From assembly GCA_028864975.1 (NCBI GenBank), contig JAGWLG010000004.1:64001-128000 (forward strand): 64,000 nt of DNA, written 5' to 3'. The notes below the pieces were generated by a model, which made no database searches, was not told where the DNA came from, and saw nothing but the letters and a program-made list of their open reading frames with translations. The position numbers were made by a program, and so were the translations under genes. The stretch comes from Thermoplasmata archaeon (lineage in GTDB: Archaea; Thermoplasmatota; Thermoplasmata; Lutacidiplasmatales; UBA184). Each line of letters starts with the position of its first letter. Position 1 is the first letter of the stretch. This document shows positions 19,984 through 29,894 of this stretch, piece after piece.

Positions 19984-20358
19984 CTATAGCAGCGGGAGGT
20001 TCCCGGTGACCCGGTCGATCTGTCCAGCCGTCCCGGGGCCGATCCCCAGGACCGTGCGGGTCCCTGGAGGCACCTCCGTGAGCCCCGCGTCCTCCACCAC
20101 CACCGTCGGGATACCCATCGCCTCGGCCTTCTTTCGAAGCGCTTCGAGCTCGGCGATCGTCTCCACCTTGAGGGCGACCTTCTTCTGGCCCTGCTCGAGC
20201 CAGAGGCGGAACTCCCTTCGGCGCCGGACCTTTTCGTCCAGGGAGAGCATCACCGCCGCGTGCGCGACCTGGACGGCGGCCTTCCCCGCCGAGAGGCCAA
20301 GCTCGTGCCGAAGCACGAGGACCATTTTGACGCTGTCTCCGGATGCTCGGTCAGCCAC
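19984..20358 (-). CDS. pth2: Peptidyl-tRNA hydrolase Pth2
   Basis: KMVLVLRHELGLSAGKAAVQVAHA, GQKKVALKV, DAGLTEVPPGTRTVLGIGP. Confidence 0.95.
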   Translation of the reverse strand: MADRASGDSVKMVLVLRHELGLSAGKAAVQVAHAAVMLSLDEKVRRRREFRLWLEQGQKKVALKVETIAELEALRKKAEAMGIPTVVVEDAGLTEVPPGTRTVLGIGPGTAGQIDRVTGNLPLL

Positions 20359-20905
20359 GAAGCTCCTCCTCCCTCTCCTTCTCCATCCGACGGCGCTTAT
20401 CCCCCAGCTCTTGGAGCTCCGCCTTAAGACGTTCGACATCCCCCGAAGCTCGACCGCTGCGTTGCGCCGTCCGAAGCTCCCGCCGCGCCTCCCGCTCCCG
20501 GCGTGAGAGCGCCTGGAATCGTTCGAGGAGCGGCTCTACGTCCTCCTCCCCAGGCAGCGGGGGCTCGACGAACGAGGGAGCCGGCGGGGGTTCCGCGCGG
20601 TACGCCCCGCGGATCCATCCGAGAGCCAAGAACCCGAGGGCGAAGGTGGCGAGGACCCCCTCCAAGACCGGGTCGGAGGGCGCCGCAGCGAAGGTCCCGG
20701 TGTTCCCGAGCACGAAGCCTACGACGAGGAAGATCGAGAGGCTGGCGACGAACCCCCCCGTGAGGAGCTCCAGCGCATCCATGGTGCCCCGCGGGCCCTT
20801 CCAGCGCTTCTCCGGCCAGAGGGCCTTCATCATCAGGTACCCCGGTGCGAAGAAGAAGAGGGCGAGCGCCCCCAGGGCAAAGATCGGGTTCACGGGGGGC
20901 ACCAT
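20351..20905 (-). CDS. DUF1616-like membrane protein with C-terminal coiled coil
   Basis: FFAPGYLMMKALWP, three TM segments, charged helical tail. Confidence 0.65.
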   Translation of the reverse strand: MVPPVNPIFALGALALFFFAPGYLMMKALWPEKRWKGPRGTMDALELLTGGFVASLSIFLVVGFVLGNTGTFAAAPSDPVLEGVLATFALGFLALGWIRGAYRAEPPPAPSFVEPPLPGEEDVEPLLERFQALSRREREARRELRTAQRSGRASGDVERLKAELQELGDKRRRMEKEREEELRG

Positions 20906-20955
20906 CCCGGGGTCGTTCCTCCGTTATCTCTTCGAGCCGCGGGTGGCGAGCGACC

Positions 20956-22299
20956 TCACGAGGGCTTGGGACCGCCACTCGCGGCGAGCTGCCGTTCCAT
21001 GTGGCGCCGGAGCTTGCGGTTGGAGGCGATCCCGTGCGCGGCCCGTTTCGTCTGCTCATAGTACTTGAGCAGGGCTCGCACCTCCTGGGGCCGGTGGCCG
21101 CTCCCCCGAGCGATGCGCTGGACGCGGTCCCCCTTGATGAGCTGAGGGTTCGTCATCTCCTCTTTGGTCATCGAGTCCATGATGACCTTGAACGCGGCGA
21201 GCCGGGTCTGGGTCTCTTCGACCTGAGCGTCATCGATCTTCGCCTGCGCGAGGCCGGGGATGAGCGACTTGAGCTTCGTGAACGGCCCCATCTTCCCGAG
21301 CGAGTCCAACTGGACGTAGAACTCCTTGAGCGTGAACTTCCCCGTGAGGAGCGACTCCGCGGCCTTCTCCGCCTCTTCCTTCCCCTCCAGCGTCTCGAAG
21401 CGCTCGAGCAGGGTCTGGATGTCCCCCATCCCCAGGAGCTGAGAGACGAAGCGGGTCGGGTCGAACTTCTCTAGGTCCTCGGCGTGCTCCCCCACCCCCA
21501 CGAACAGGATGGGCGCCCCGCTGCGCGCGACCGCCGAGAGCGCGCCACCCCCCTTGGCCGACCCATCGAGCTTCGTCAAGATGACCCCCGTGAGGCCCAC
21601 CGCCTTGTGGAAGGCCTCCGCCGACCGGCCCGCGGACTGCCCCATGGCCGCGTCCAGGACGAGGAGGACCTCCTGGGGGTCGAAGGTCTTCTTGCAGCGC
21701 TGGATCTCGGCGACGAGCTCGGCGTCGAGGTTGGACCGACCGGCGGTGTCCAGGATCATCACGTCCGTGGCGGGGAACTTCTCCCGGCCCTGGGTGGCGA
21801 TCACCTCGGCCCGCTTCTCCTCCCGGTTCGCGTAGAAGGAAGCGTTGACCTTCTTCGCAAGTTGTTCCAACTGGTCGATGGCCGCCGGACGATGGACATC
21901 GGCGGCGATGAGGGCGGCCCGGACGCCCTTCTTCTGGAAGAGCCGCGCGAGCTTCGCCGCGGTGGTCGTCTTTCCTTGCCCGAAAAGGCCTACCAGCATG
22001 ATGCGACGCGGACGCATCTCGAAGACGCGGTCCTCGCCCATGATGCGACGGATCTCCTCATAGACGATCCGGACGAGGAAGTCCCGAAGGCTGGCCCCTG
22101 CCGGGGGCTTTTCCTCCTTGGCCCTCGTCTTGACCCGGGTCGTGAGCTCGAGCGCGAGCTGGACGTTCACGTCGGACTGCAGGAGGGCCCGCTGGATGTC
22201 GCGGGAGACCTCGGCCAGAAGCTCTTCGTCGACCGCCCCGCTCTTCGCGATCTTCGCGAGGACATTGCGGAGCGATTTGCCGAGAGAGTCCAGCACCAT
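20956..22299 (-). CDS. srp54: Signal recognition particle protein SRP54
   Basis: ALLQSDVN, GKTTTAAKLA, DTAGR, TKLDGSAKGGGALS, M-domain with RIARGSG. Confidence 0.97.
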   Translation of the reverse strand: MVLDSLGKSLRNVLAKIAKSGAVDEELLAEVSRDIQRALLQSDVNVQLALELTTRVKTRAKEEKPPAGASLRDFLVRIVYEEIRRIMGEDRVFEMRPRRIMLVGLFGQGKTTTAAKLARLFQKKGVRAALIAADVHRPAAIDQLEQLAKKVNASFYANREEKRAEVIATQGREKFPATDVMILDTAGRSNLDAELVAEIQRCKKTFDPQEVLLVLDAAMGQSAGRSAEAFHKAVGLTGVILTKLDGSAKGGGALSAVARSGAPILFVGVGEHAEDLEKFDPTRFVSQLLGMGDIQTLLERFETLEGKEEAEKAAESLLTGKFTLKEFYVQLDSLGKMGPFTKLKSLIPGLAQAKIDDAQVEETQTRLAAFKVIMDSMTKEEMTNPQLIKGDRVQRIARGSGHRPQEVRALLKYYEQTKRAAHGIASNRKLRRHMERQLAASGGPKPS

Positions 22300-22461
22300 G
22301 GCTTCGACCTTGGGCCCCCGTCACGGCGGGGGATGCGTTAGAAACGAAGGGACGCCCCTTATCTCTTCTAGGTCGCCCAGGACACTGCCTTCTGGCACTC
22401 CGTGCCACACCAAGGCACGGCCTTCCAGGGGCCCGTTATACCTCCCCCCTCCGTGAATCAG

Positions 22462-23961
22462 ATGATGACCGCCGGCACCGAGGCCGCCATCCCCCCCGCG
22501 GTCCCGGCGAAGACGCCCCCGAAGCTCAATCCGGTGCGTGTCCACGTCCCCGAGTCCCCCGTCGAGGAGCGGGTCCATAACTTCGAGGAGATCATCCATC
22601 CCTACACTCTAGAGGATGCGGTCCTCGAGGCCAAGCGCTGCATCCAGTGCCGTCGTCCTTGGTGCGTCGAGGCCTGCCCGATCTCCCAGGACTGCCGCGA
22701 GTACATCCTGAAACTTGCCGAGCGCGACTTCGACGGGGCGGCGCGGGTGACGCTCCGGGACGACCCGATGGCCACCACGCTCTGCAAGGTCTGCTACCAT
22801 TACTGCGAGGACGCCTGCGTCGTGAAGAAGAAGGGGGTCCCCATCGCCATCCGGCAGCTCAAGCGCTCCTCGCTCGAGCTCGGGAAGAGCGATCTCGTCT
22901 ACGTCGCGCAGAAGCCCAGGGACCAGCGGGTGGCGATCGTCGGCGGGGGCCCTGCCGGGGTCATGGCCGCCTGGGAGCTCGGCATCCGCGGCTACGGCGT
23001 CACGGTCTACGAACAGGAGGAGCTCTTGGGCGGGCTCGTCCTCTCCATCCCGAGCTACCGTGTCACCGACCGGGAGGTCCAGGAGGACCTTGCGCGCTTC
23101 CGCGACCTCGATGTGACCTTCGTGAAGAGCACCAAGGTCGGCGTTACGCTCCCTGCGGAGAAGCTCCTCGAACAGGGGTACGCTGCGGTCCTTCTGACCC
23201 TCGGGACCCCTCTCCATCGGAAGCTCAACATCCCTGGCGAGGACCTCCCGGGGGTCGTCCCGGCCCTCCGCATGCTCCTCGACCTGCACCACGGCCGACC
23301 CGCCAAAGTGGGGAAGCGGATCATGGTCATCGGGGGTGGGGACGTGGCGATGGATGCGATCCGCTCCTCGGTCCGTCTCTCGCAGGGGGGAGAGGTCACC
23401 TTGGTCTACCGCAGGACGGAGGAGGAGATGCCCGCGGACCGCGAGGAGCTCCTCGGCGCCAAGGAGGAGGGGGTCAAGTTCCTCTGGCAGAAAGCGCCGG
23501 TGCGGATCGTGGGGAGCGACCGCGTGGAGGGCCTCGTGGTCCAACGCGTGGAGCTAGGGCCTCCCGATGCCTCGGGACGCCGGGCCCCCGTTCTTGTCCC
23601 CGGCTCGGAGGAGACCCTTCCGTGCGACACGGTCATCGTCGCCGTTGGCCAGAGATCGGACACGACAGGGTTCGACAGCGACCTCGACCTCCGGGTCACC
23701 GCGCAGGGCTGGGTCGAGGGGAAGGGCCCTGACCTCATGACGGGGGTCGAAGGGGTGTTCGCGGCGGGAGGGAAGTCCGTGGTCTACGCGATGGCGGCGG
23801 GCATGCGCGCAGCCGAAGCGATCGACGGCTACCTTCGGAAGAAGAAGGGAGAAGCCCCCGCCCCGCGGCCAGATCCCTTCGGCGGGTCGACGCCGTTCCA
23901 CCTTCCCGCGGGATACGCGAAGGCGAACTGGAACCCGAACCCCACGTACGGGAAGGCCTAG
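22462..23961 (+). CDS. GltD/SudA/NfnB-like Fe-S FAD-dependent NAD(P)H oxidoreductase
   Basis: EAKRCIQCRRPWCVEACP, second Cys cluster CKVCYHYCEDAC, VAIVGGGPAG, VIGGGDVAMD, YRR. Confidence 0.88.
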   Translation: MMTAGTEAAIPPAVPAKTPPKLNPVRVHVPESPVEERVHNFEEIIHPYTLEDAVLEAKRCIQCRRPWCVEACPISQDCREYILKLAERDFDGAARVTLRDDPMATTLCKVCYHYCEDACVVKKKGVPIAIRQLKRSSLELGKSDLVYVAQKPRDQRVAIVGGGPAGVMAAWELGIRGYGVTVYEQEELLGGLVLSIPSYRVTDREVQEDLARFRDLDVTFVKSTKVGVTLPAEKLLEQGYAAVLLTLGTPLHRKLNIPGEDLPGVVPALRMLLDLHHGRPAKVGKRIMVIGGGDVAMDAIRSSVRLSQGGEVTLVYRRTEEEMPADREELLGAKEEGVKFLWQKAPVRIVGSDRVEGLVVQRVELGPPDASGRRAPVLVPGSEETLPCDTVIVAVGQRSDTTGFDSDLDLRVTAQGWVEGKGPDLMTGVEGVFAAGGKSVVYAMAAGMRAAEAIDGYLRKKKGEAPAPRPDPFGGSTPFHLPAGYAKANWNPNPTYGKA

Positions 23962-24030
23962 CCGGCAGGCTACCGTGGAGGGGCAGATAGTGGCCCCACG
24001 CGGCCTTATCTTGGGAGACGTTCCTCCCCT

Positions 24031-27000
24031 ATGGCGATGGTTGAACGGGAAGGGGGTTCCCCGCGAGTGCGAGGACCCTTCCGTGCGCTTCTGCGGAACA
24101 TGAGGCTCTCTCCCAGGGCCGTCGTGGTCTTCGTGGCGCTCGCCTCGCTGGTCGTTTCGACCTGGGCGCTCACTCCCTACCTACCCGTTTCCGCCGCGAG
24201 CGGGACCTTGGACGAGCTCGCCTCCTCCCATGGAGTGCTGCCCTCCTGGCAAGCCGCGCGCGCGATGCACCTCTCCGTGACCGACCCCCTGGGACTCCTG
24301 GGGTACGACGCCGCCACCGTGGAGGGGCTCTCCAACGAGCGGGCCCTGGCGTCGAGCACCCCCGAGACCCTCGGGATCGCGCTCATCCCCCGCGACCCCG
24401 CGGGACTGCAGCAACTGGACCTCGCGGTGAACGAGCCGGGCAGTCCCCTTCTCGGTCACTATCTCACCCCACAGCAGTACCAGGAGCGATTCGCGCCCAC
24501 GGTCGCCGCGGAGCAGCAGGTGGAACAGATCCTCCGCGCTGGCGGGTTCACGGTCACCTACGCTTCCGCGGACCGCAGCTTCGTCCAGGTCGAGGGGACC
24601 GCGGGGGCAGCGAACGCGCTGTTCTCGACCGAGCTGGTGGCGGGAACGTACCAGGGCCGCTCGGAGGTCGTCCCTTCGACCGCCCCGACGCTCCCTTCGT
24701 CGCTCTCCCCCTACGTCCTCTCCGTGACCGGGCTTGAGGTGAACGTCGCGCCGTTCTCCTTCGCTCCGCTCTGGTCGCACGCGATCACCCCCTCCTCCAG
24801 CTCGACGTGTCTGCTCACGTGCAGCACGATCTACCCTGACTGGACCCACTTCATGTACGACCTCGACAAGCTCTACAACAACACCGCGAGCGCGGGGCCC
24901 CACTTCGCCCAGACCTCGACGATCGGGATCCTCCTCTGGGGTGGTAGCTACGGGGGCTTCTCTCCCAACGACATCCAGCAGTACGCGCAGGGGCTCTACT
25001 GGGGGCCCCCCTTCACCTACACCCCCTATCCCATCGACGGAGCCGCGCCCCCGGGGCCGAACGCCCCCAGCGACCCGAGCCTGGCCCCCATGGAGCTCAC
25101 GCTGGACATGGAGTGGTCCGAATCCCAGGCCCCCGGCGCTTCGCTCGATGTCGTCTATGTGCCGGAAGGAACCGCGGCAAACAACTACTCCCCGAACCCG
25201 GTGGAGCTCGAGCATGGGATCGCGGTCCTCGTGAACCTCTCGGGGCTCACGGTGATCACGCAATCCTTCGGCGCTCCCGAGGGGGACCAGGCGTTCCAGA
25301 GCTTCTTCGACGCCGAGTTCGTCCACGCGGGCGCTCTCGGGATCTCGGTCTTCGCCGCTTCCGGGGACGATGGCGGATCTACCGGCTCCATCTCGAACGG
25401 ATGCACCCAGAACCCCCAGGTGGACTATCCTGCGGCTTCTCCGTACGCGACCGCGGTGGGCGGCACGGCCCCTACGGTGAACGCGAGCGGAGGGGGCGGT
25501 CCATCGGGGACCGTCGGGGTCGACACCGAATCCGCCTGGCAGTTCAGCGGCGGCGGCTACTCCACCTCCTACGGGCTCCCCCCGTGGCAGCGCGGCGGGA
25601 GCGCGTACGCGACCATCATGACCGCCACGTCGAACGCGGGCGCGCGGGGGGTACCGGACGTGGCAGGCCCGGCGGCCGACAATGCCTTCGTCTACAACGG
25701 GGCCCTCCAGGGAGGGGAGGGCACGAGCTTCGCCTCCCCCTTCTGGGCCGGGCTCACGGCGGAGATGGTCGCGGTCCGCGGCGGGGCGCTCCTGGGCTGG
25801 CTCAACCCGAGGCTCTACGCGCTGGGGGCGGCGCAGGACCAGGGGTCGCTCACCCCCGCTCCGTACCGCGAGATCCTTCAGGGCCAGAACCCCGGCATGG
25901 CGGCGAGCTGTCTCTACTATGCCCAGCCCGGGTGGGACGCGGTGACCGGGTACGGGGCGCCGAAGGACGCGTTCAACCTCTACGCCGACCTGGTCGCGAA
26001 CTACATCGACCTCAACATCACCTTCAACCCGGATACGGCCTCCCCCGGGAGCACGGTCACCGTCCGGGTCGCCGCGACGAACAGCACGAACGGACAGCCG
26101 TTCACCTCCGGGACGATCGACCTCAGGATCTTCTCGCTCCCCCAGACCCTCAAGTCGACGCCGCTGCTCACCGAGACCCAGGTCGCTCTGAACTCCCAGG
26201 GGACGGGGAGCTTCTCGTACTCGATCGACCTGTTCTACAAGTACGGGCATCTGCTCGCGCAGGCCGAGATCTTCAGCGCTCACTCCGTGGGGAGCACTTC
26301 GAGCATCCTCACGGTGACGCTCCTGGGTTCGTGGTACCAGGCGATCCAACCCCTGCTGGCCCCTCCGTGGAACTACCTGTTCTTCGCGTTGATCATGGGT
26401 CTCGCGACGGCCCTGGGCTGGGTGCTCGGGCTGAGGGCGCCCAGGCCGATCGGGAGCCCCTCGCCCCTTCGGCGATTGCTTCCCGTCCGCCGGAGGGCCC
26501 CGGTGCGAGGTCCGACCCCGGGACCGCCGGTTCCGGTGTCCTATGCAGGAGGTCTAGGAGGACCGAGGAGGCCGTCCGTCGCTGCGCGACCGGGCCCTGG
26601 CGGCCCCCCGAGGCGCGGCCCCGGCCAACGACCCGCCACCCCGCGCCCATCGGGAGGACCTGCGACCGCGGCGCAGCGAGCGAGGCCGCCGACCGCGCCA
26701 AGCGGCGCACCGACAGGGGCGCCTCGCTCCATGGAGCGGCCTGCCCCAGGGACGGAAGCGCAGGTCGCCCCCGGGGTGACGATGGTCGTCCCCCCGAAAC
26801 CCTCGCCCGCGCCGCCATCACCGGTCGAGACGTCCTCCGAGACACCCCCCGCTCCTTCTCCTACCGCGGCTTCCGACGCGCCTGCCGTTCCGTTGCCGGA
26901 GGATGCCACAGCGCCGCCTCCCGCGGCGACCGAGGGCTCCGCCGGGACCGCGACCGCCACGCCGCCCGAGGTCCCGCCCGAGGCGGTCGCCTCCGAGGCC

Positions 27001-27741
27001 GAGACCTCTCCACTTCCCCAAACCCGTGAGCGTGCTCCCGAGGAGGCAGGGGCAGCACGCCCTCCTCCAGAGAGCGGGCCGGTTGCGGAGGGCGTAGCGG
27101 CGTCCGAATCGACGGCACCCGCCGCGCCTACCGAGGAGGAAATGGCCGCGAGCCTGGCCTCGATGCAAGCCCAGGCTCAGGACGAGGCTGCCCCCGCGCC
27201 ATCGGCCGCACCCGAGGAGGCGGCTCCTGCCGCGGAACCCCGCGAGGCCTCCTCTCTGCCGAGCCCCGAGGTTCCCGAAACGCCTCCGTCGGAGCCCCCC
27301 AGCGAGCCCGCGCCCGCGCCGCCCGTGGCTCCCGCGGTGCCGACGGAGCCCCTTCCTCCCACGCTCCCCGAGCCCGAGGTCGCTCCGCCGCCTCCACCTG
27401 CACCCCTCCAGATCTCCCCCGAGGCCGCGCCGGCACCCCGAAGGCCGCGGGTCCGCAAGGTCCAACGTCCGGTGGTGGCGGCGGCAGCCCCTCCCGCCCC
27501 CGTGGTCCCTGCGGTCTCCCGCCCTCCTCCGTCGCCCGCGCCACCCGTCGCGGTGCCCGCCTCCGTCGTGAAGGCCCCCCGCGAGGGGCTCGTCGCGAGG
27601 GTCGAGGGGGATGTCGAGAAGCTCGAGAAAAAGGTCTCCCGCGCCGTGCGACGTCCCAAGGCGACGTGTCCCCGTTGCGGCAAGGGGGTCTCCGCCAGCG
27701 CCAAGAGCTGCCCGAGCTGCCATGCCCCGCTCGGGGGGTAG
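24031..27741 (+). CDS. Membrane-anchored sedolisin (S53) protease with propeptide, Pro/Ala-rich cytoplasmic linker and C-terminal double zinc ribbon
   Basis: Propeptide (GHYLTPQQYQERFAP); catalytic ELTLD (Glu/Asp), SGDDG (oxyanion Asp), GTSFASP (Ser); Ca-site GWDAVTGYG; TM WNYLFFALIMGLATALGWVLGL; CPRC...CPSC. Confidence 0.9.
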   Translation: MAMVEREGGSPRVRGPFRALLRNMRLSPRAVVVFVALASLVVSTWALTPYLPVSAASGTLDELASSHGVLPSWQAARAMHLSVTDPLGLLGYDAATVEGLSNERALASSTPETLGIALIPRDPAGLQQLDLAVNEPGSPLLGHYLTPQQYQERFAPTVAAEQQVEQILRAGGFTVTYASADRSFVQVEGTAGAANALFSTELVAGTYQGRSEVVPSTAPTLPSSLSPYVLSVTGLEVNVAPFSFAPLWSHAITPSSSSTCLLTCSTIYPDWTHFMYDLDKLYNNTASAGPHFAQTSTIGILLWGGSYGGFSPNDIQQYAQGLYWGPPFTYTPYPIDGAAPPGPNAPSDPSLAPMELTLDMEWSESQAPGASLDVVYVPEGTAANNYSPNPVELEHGIAVLVNLSGLTVITQSFGAPEGDQAFQSFFDAEFVHAGALGISVFAASGDDGGSTGSISNGCTQNPQVDYPAASPYATAVGGTAPTVNASGGGGPSGTVGVDTESAWQFSGGGYSTSYGLPPWQRGGSAYATIMTATSNAGARGVPDVAGPAADNAFVYNGALQGGEGTSFASPFWAGLTAEMVAVRGGALLGWLNPRLYALGAAQDQGSLTPAPYREILQGQNPGMAASCLYYAQPGWDAVTGYGAPKDAFNLYADLVANYIDLNITFNPDTASPGSTVTVRVAATNSTNGQPFTSGTIDLRIFSLPQTLKSTPLLTETQVALNSQGTGSFSYSIDLFYKYGHLLAQAEIFSAHSVGSTSSILTVTLLGSWYQAIQPLLAPPWNYLFFALIMGLATALGWVLGLRAPRPIGSPSPLRRLLPVRRRAPVRGPTPGPPVPVSYAGGLGGPRRPSVAARPGPGGPPRRGPGQRPATPRPSGGPATAAQRARPPTAPSGAPTGAPRSMERPAPGTEAQVAPGVTMVVPPKPSPAPPSPVETSSETPPAPSPTAASDAPAVPLPEDATAPPPAATEGSAGTATATPPEVPPEAVASEAETSPLPQTRERAPEEAGAARPPPESGPVAEGVAASESTAPAAPTEEEMAASLASMQAQAQDEAAPAPSAAPEEAAPAAEPREASSLPSPEVPETPPSEPPSEPAPAPPVAPAVPTEPLPPTLPEPEVAPPPPPAPLQISPEAAPAPRRPRVRKVQRPVVAAAAPPAPVVPAVSRPPPSPAPPVAVPASVVKAPREGLVARVEGDVEKLEKKVSRAVRRPKATCPRCGKGVSASAKSCPSCHAPLGG

Positions 27742-27765
27742 GCCCCGGCGGGCGGCCCACGTTTC

Positions 27766-29829
27766 ATGCGGTGTTCCCAGCGTGGACTCGGGCGCCTCCC
27801 TATCCGACCCACGACGGTATCACGTTCCTCCGGGCGGTCTCGCGTCGCCGCGGGGGTGGGGGCACTGGTCGTCCTCACGGTCCTGGGGCTCGCGGGCCTC
27901 GCTGCCCCGCACCCCGCCACGTCGCTCCATGCCACCTCCGCGGCCTCTTCGTCCAGCCCCACGGGCGCCGCCTCCTCCCTCTCCTTCCCCTACCAGCCGC
28001 TCCCGCAAGCGGTGAGCTCGTCCTATCGAAGCGGCCCGGGCGCGTTCTCGACGAGCCCGCCTCCGCTCCTGCCGCGGCAGTTCCGTAGCTCGTACGGCGT
28101 GGACGCCTTGTTGAACGCGAGCGGGGTCTCGAGGTTCCCGGTCAACGAGACGATCGCGGTCGTCGCGTGGGGGTATGGCTACGACCCCTCCGACCTCTCC
28201 ACCTTCTTTGGCACCTACTACCCCTCGAACTTTCCCGTTCCGAAGGTGATCCCGGTCCCTATCGACGGGGCACCGCCGCCGGGGGTCAATGCCCCGAACG
28301 ATCCCTCGGGCGGTTCGCAGGAGCTCACCATCGACATCGAGTGGGCCTCCTCGATGGCCCCCGGGGCGACGATCTACGCCATCTACGCCCCGCCGACGAA
28401 CAGCACCCCCTACAGCCCCACCGACGCGGCCATCGAGGACGCGCTGCACTACGCCGTCGCGATGGGGAACCTTACGGCGCTCTCGATGTCGTTCGGAGAG
28501 GCCCAAGGCTCGGACCCGTCGCTCGAGAGCGCGATGAACACGGACTTCGCTTCGCTCATCAAGAACGGGACGACGGTCCTCTCCTCCTCGGGGGACGACG
28601 GGGGCTCTCCCAACTCTCCGCTCTCGGGCCCGTGCTCGCGGGGGCCCGGGGTCGACTTCCCCGCCGCGAGCCCGTACGTCCTCGCGGTGGGGGGCACGGA
28701 TGCCACGGGAGGGGGGACCGAAACGACGTGGGTGTTCAGCGGTGGAGGCTCGGCCTCGAGCTCGGCCAACGACCCCGCTCCCAGCTGGCAGACGATGGGC
28801 AGTGCGGGAAGCCTCGCCGCCCGCACGGGGACCCGCGGGGTCCCCGACGTCAGTGCGAACGCGAACGACAGCGGCTTCTACTTCAATTCCCGCCTCTCGG
28901 CCGGGATGGGGACCAGCTTCTCCTCGCCCCTCTGGGCCGGGGTCGTCGCCGACCTGGCGAGCGCCGACCATGCGACCTTCGGTCTGCTCGACAGCAAGCT
29001 CTACGCCTTGGGGGCGATCCGTGAAGCGACCGGGATCGGCCTCGCGCCCTTTACCGACATCACGCACGGGGCGAACTGCTACGAGCCCGCCCGACCGGGA
29101 TGGGACCCCGTGACCGGTTGGGGGACCCCCAACGCCTTGGCGCTCGCCCAGCTCCTGCAGGGGACGACCTTCACCCAGCTCGGGCTCTCCTTCCAGCCCT
29201 CCCAGGGCGTCTCCGCGGGGGCCACGGTCACCGCATCGGTCACGGACCCGACCGGGGCCCCAGCCGCGCTCGCAGGGCGGCCCCTGACGGTGAGCCTCCT
29301 CGACCCCTCGAACGATTCGTGGGCCCTCCGGATCTCGGGCATCCTACCCGCTGCGGGCGCGGTCCCCTGGACCGGGACGTTCGCCTTCCCTTCCGGGCTC
29401 ACGGGGAGATGGACGAACGCGACCGTGGTCGTCGAGAACGGGTCGAACTGGGGCGTCGCGAGCGCGGCGTTCGCGCCACCGCCGCGCGGAGCGCCCCCGG
29501 GGCCTTCCGTCTGGGAGCTCCTGATCGACTACCAGCTCCCGCTGCTCGCCGGGTTCATGATCCTCCTCCTCGCGTTCCGCTTCCTGGGCGACCGGCACCG
29601 CTCCATCCTGAAGGGCCCTTCTCCCCGGGAGCTGTCGGGCGAAGCGTGCCCGCCCCCCGCGAAGGGAGACGCGGGGCGGACCCCCGCTTCGAGCCCCGGC
29701 CCCGCCTCGGTCTCCGCCCCACCCACGGCCAGGTACGGCGAGGTGCTGACGCCCTTCTGCTGGAAGTGCGGGACGACGCTCAAAGGTAACGAGGCGCGGT
29801 GTCCGTCGTGCGGCACGCAGTTCTCTTGA
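27766..29829 (+). CDS. Second membrane-anchored sedolisin (S53), no recognisable propeptide, C-terminal zinc ribbon
   Basis: ELTID, SGDDG, GTSFSSP, GWDPVTGWG; TM LPLLAGFMILLLAFRFL; CWKC...CPSC. Confidence 0.88.
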   Translation: MRCSQRGLGRLPIRPTTVSRSSGRSRVAAGVGALVVLTVLGLAGLAAPHPATSLHATSAASSSSPTGAASSLSFPYQPLPQAVSSSYRSGPGAFSTSPPPLLPRQFRSSYGVDALLNASGVSRFPVNETIAVVAWGYGYDPSDLSTFFGTYYPSNFPVPKVIPVPIDGAPPPGVNAPNDPSGGSQELTIDIEWASSMAPGATIYAIYAPPTNSTPYSPTDAAIEDALHYAVAMGNLTALSMSFGEAQGSDPSLESAMNTDFASLIKNGTTVLSSSGDDGGSPNSPLSGPCSRGPGVDFPAASPYVLAVGGTDATGGGTETTWVFSGGGSASSSANDPAPSWQTMGSAGSLAARTGTRGVPDVSANANDSGFYFNSRLSAGMGTSFSSPLWAGVVADLASADHATFGLLDSKLYALGAIREATGIGLAPFTDITHGANCYEPARPGWDPVTGWGTPNALALAQLLQGTTFTQLGLSFQPSQGVSAGATVTASVTDPTGAPAALAGRPLTVSLLDPSNDSWALRISGILPAAGAVPWTGTFAFPSGLTGRWTNATVVVENGSNWGVASAAFAPPPRGAPPGPSVWELLIDYQLPLLAGFMILLLAFRFLGDRHRSILKGPSPRELSGEACPPPAKGDAGRTPASSPGPASVSAPPTARYGEVLTPFCWKCGTTLKGNEARCPSCGTQFS

Positions 29830-29894
29830 ACGCTCCCTGTTGAACGCACGTGCGTGCATTCCCCTTATCTTCCGGCACCCTCCTCTCCCGCGCC

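Noticed and set aside
26440-27660. Tandem DNA repeat in the Pro/Ala-rich sedolisin linker (also the OppF tail)
   Set aside because: Low-complexity coding sequence with no discrete repeat unit.
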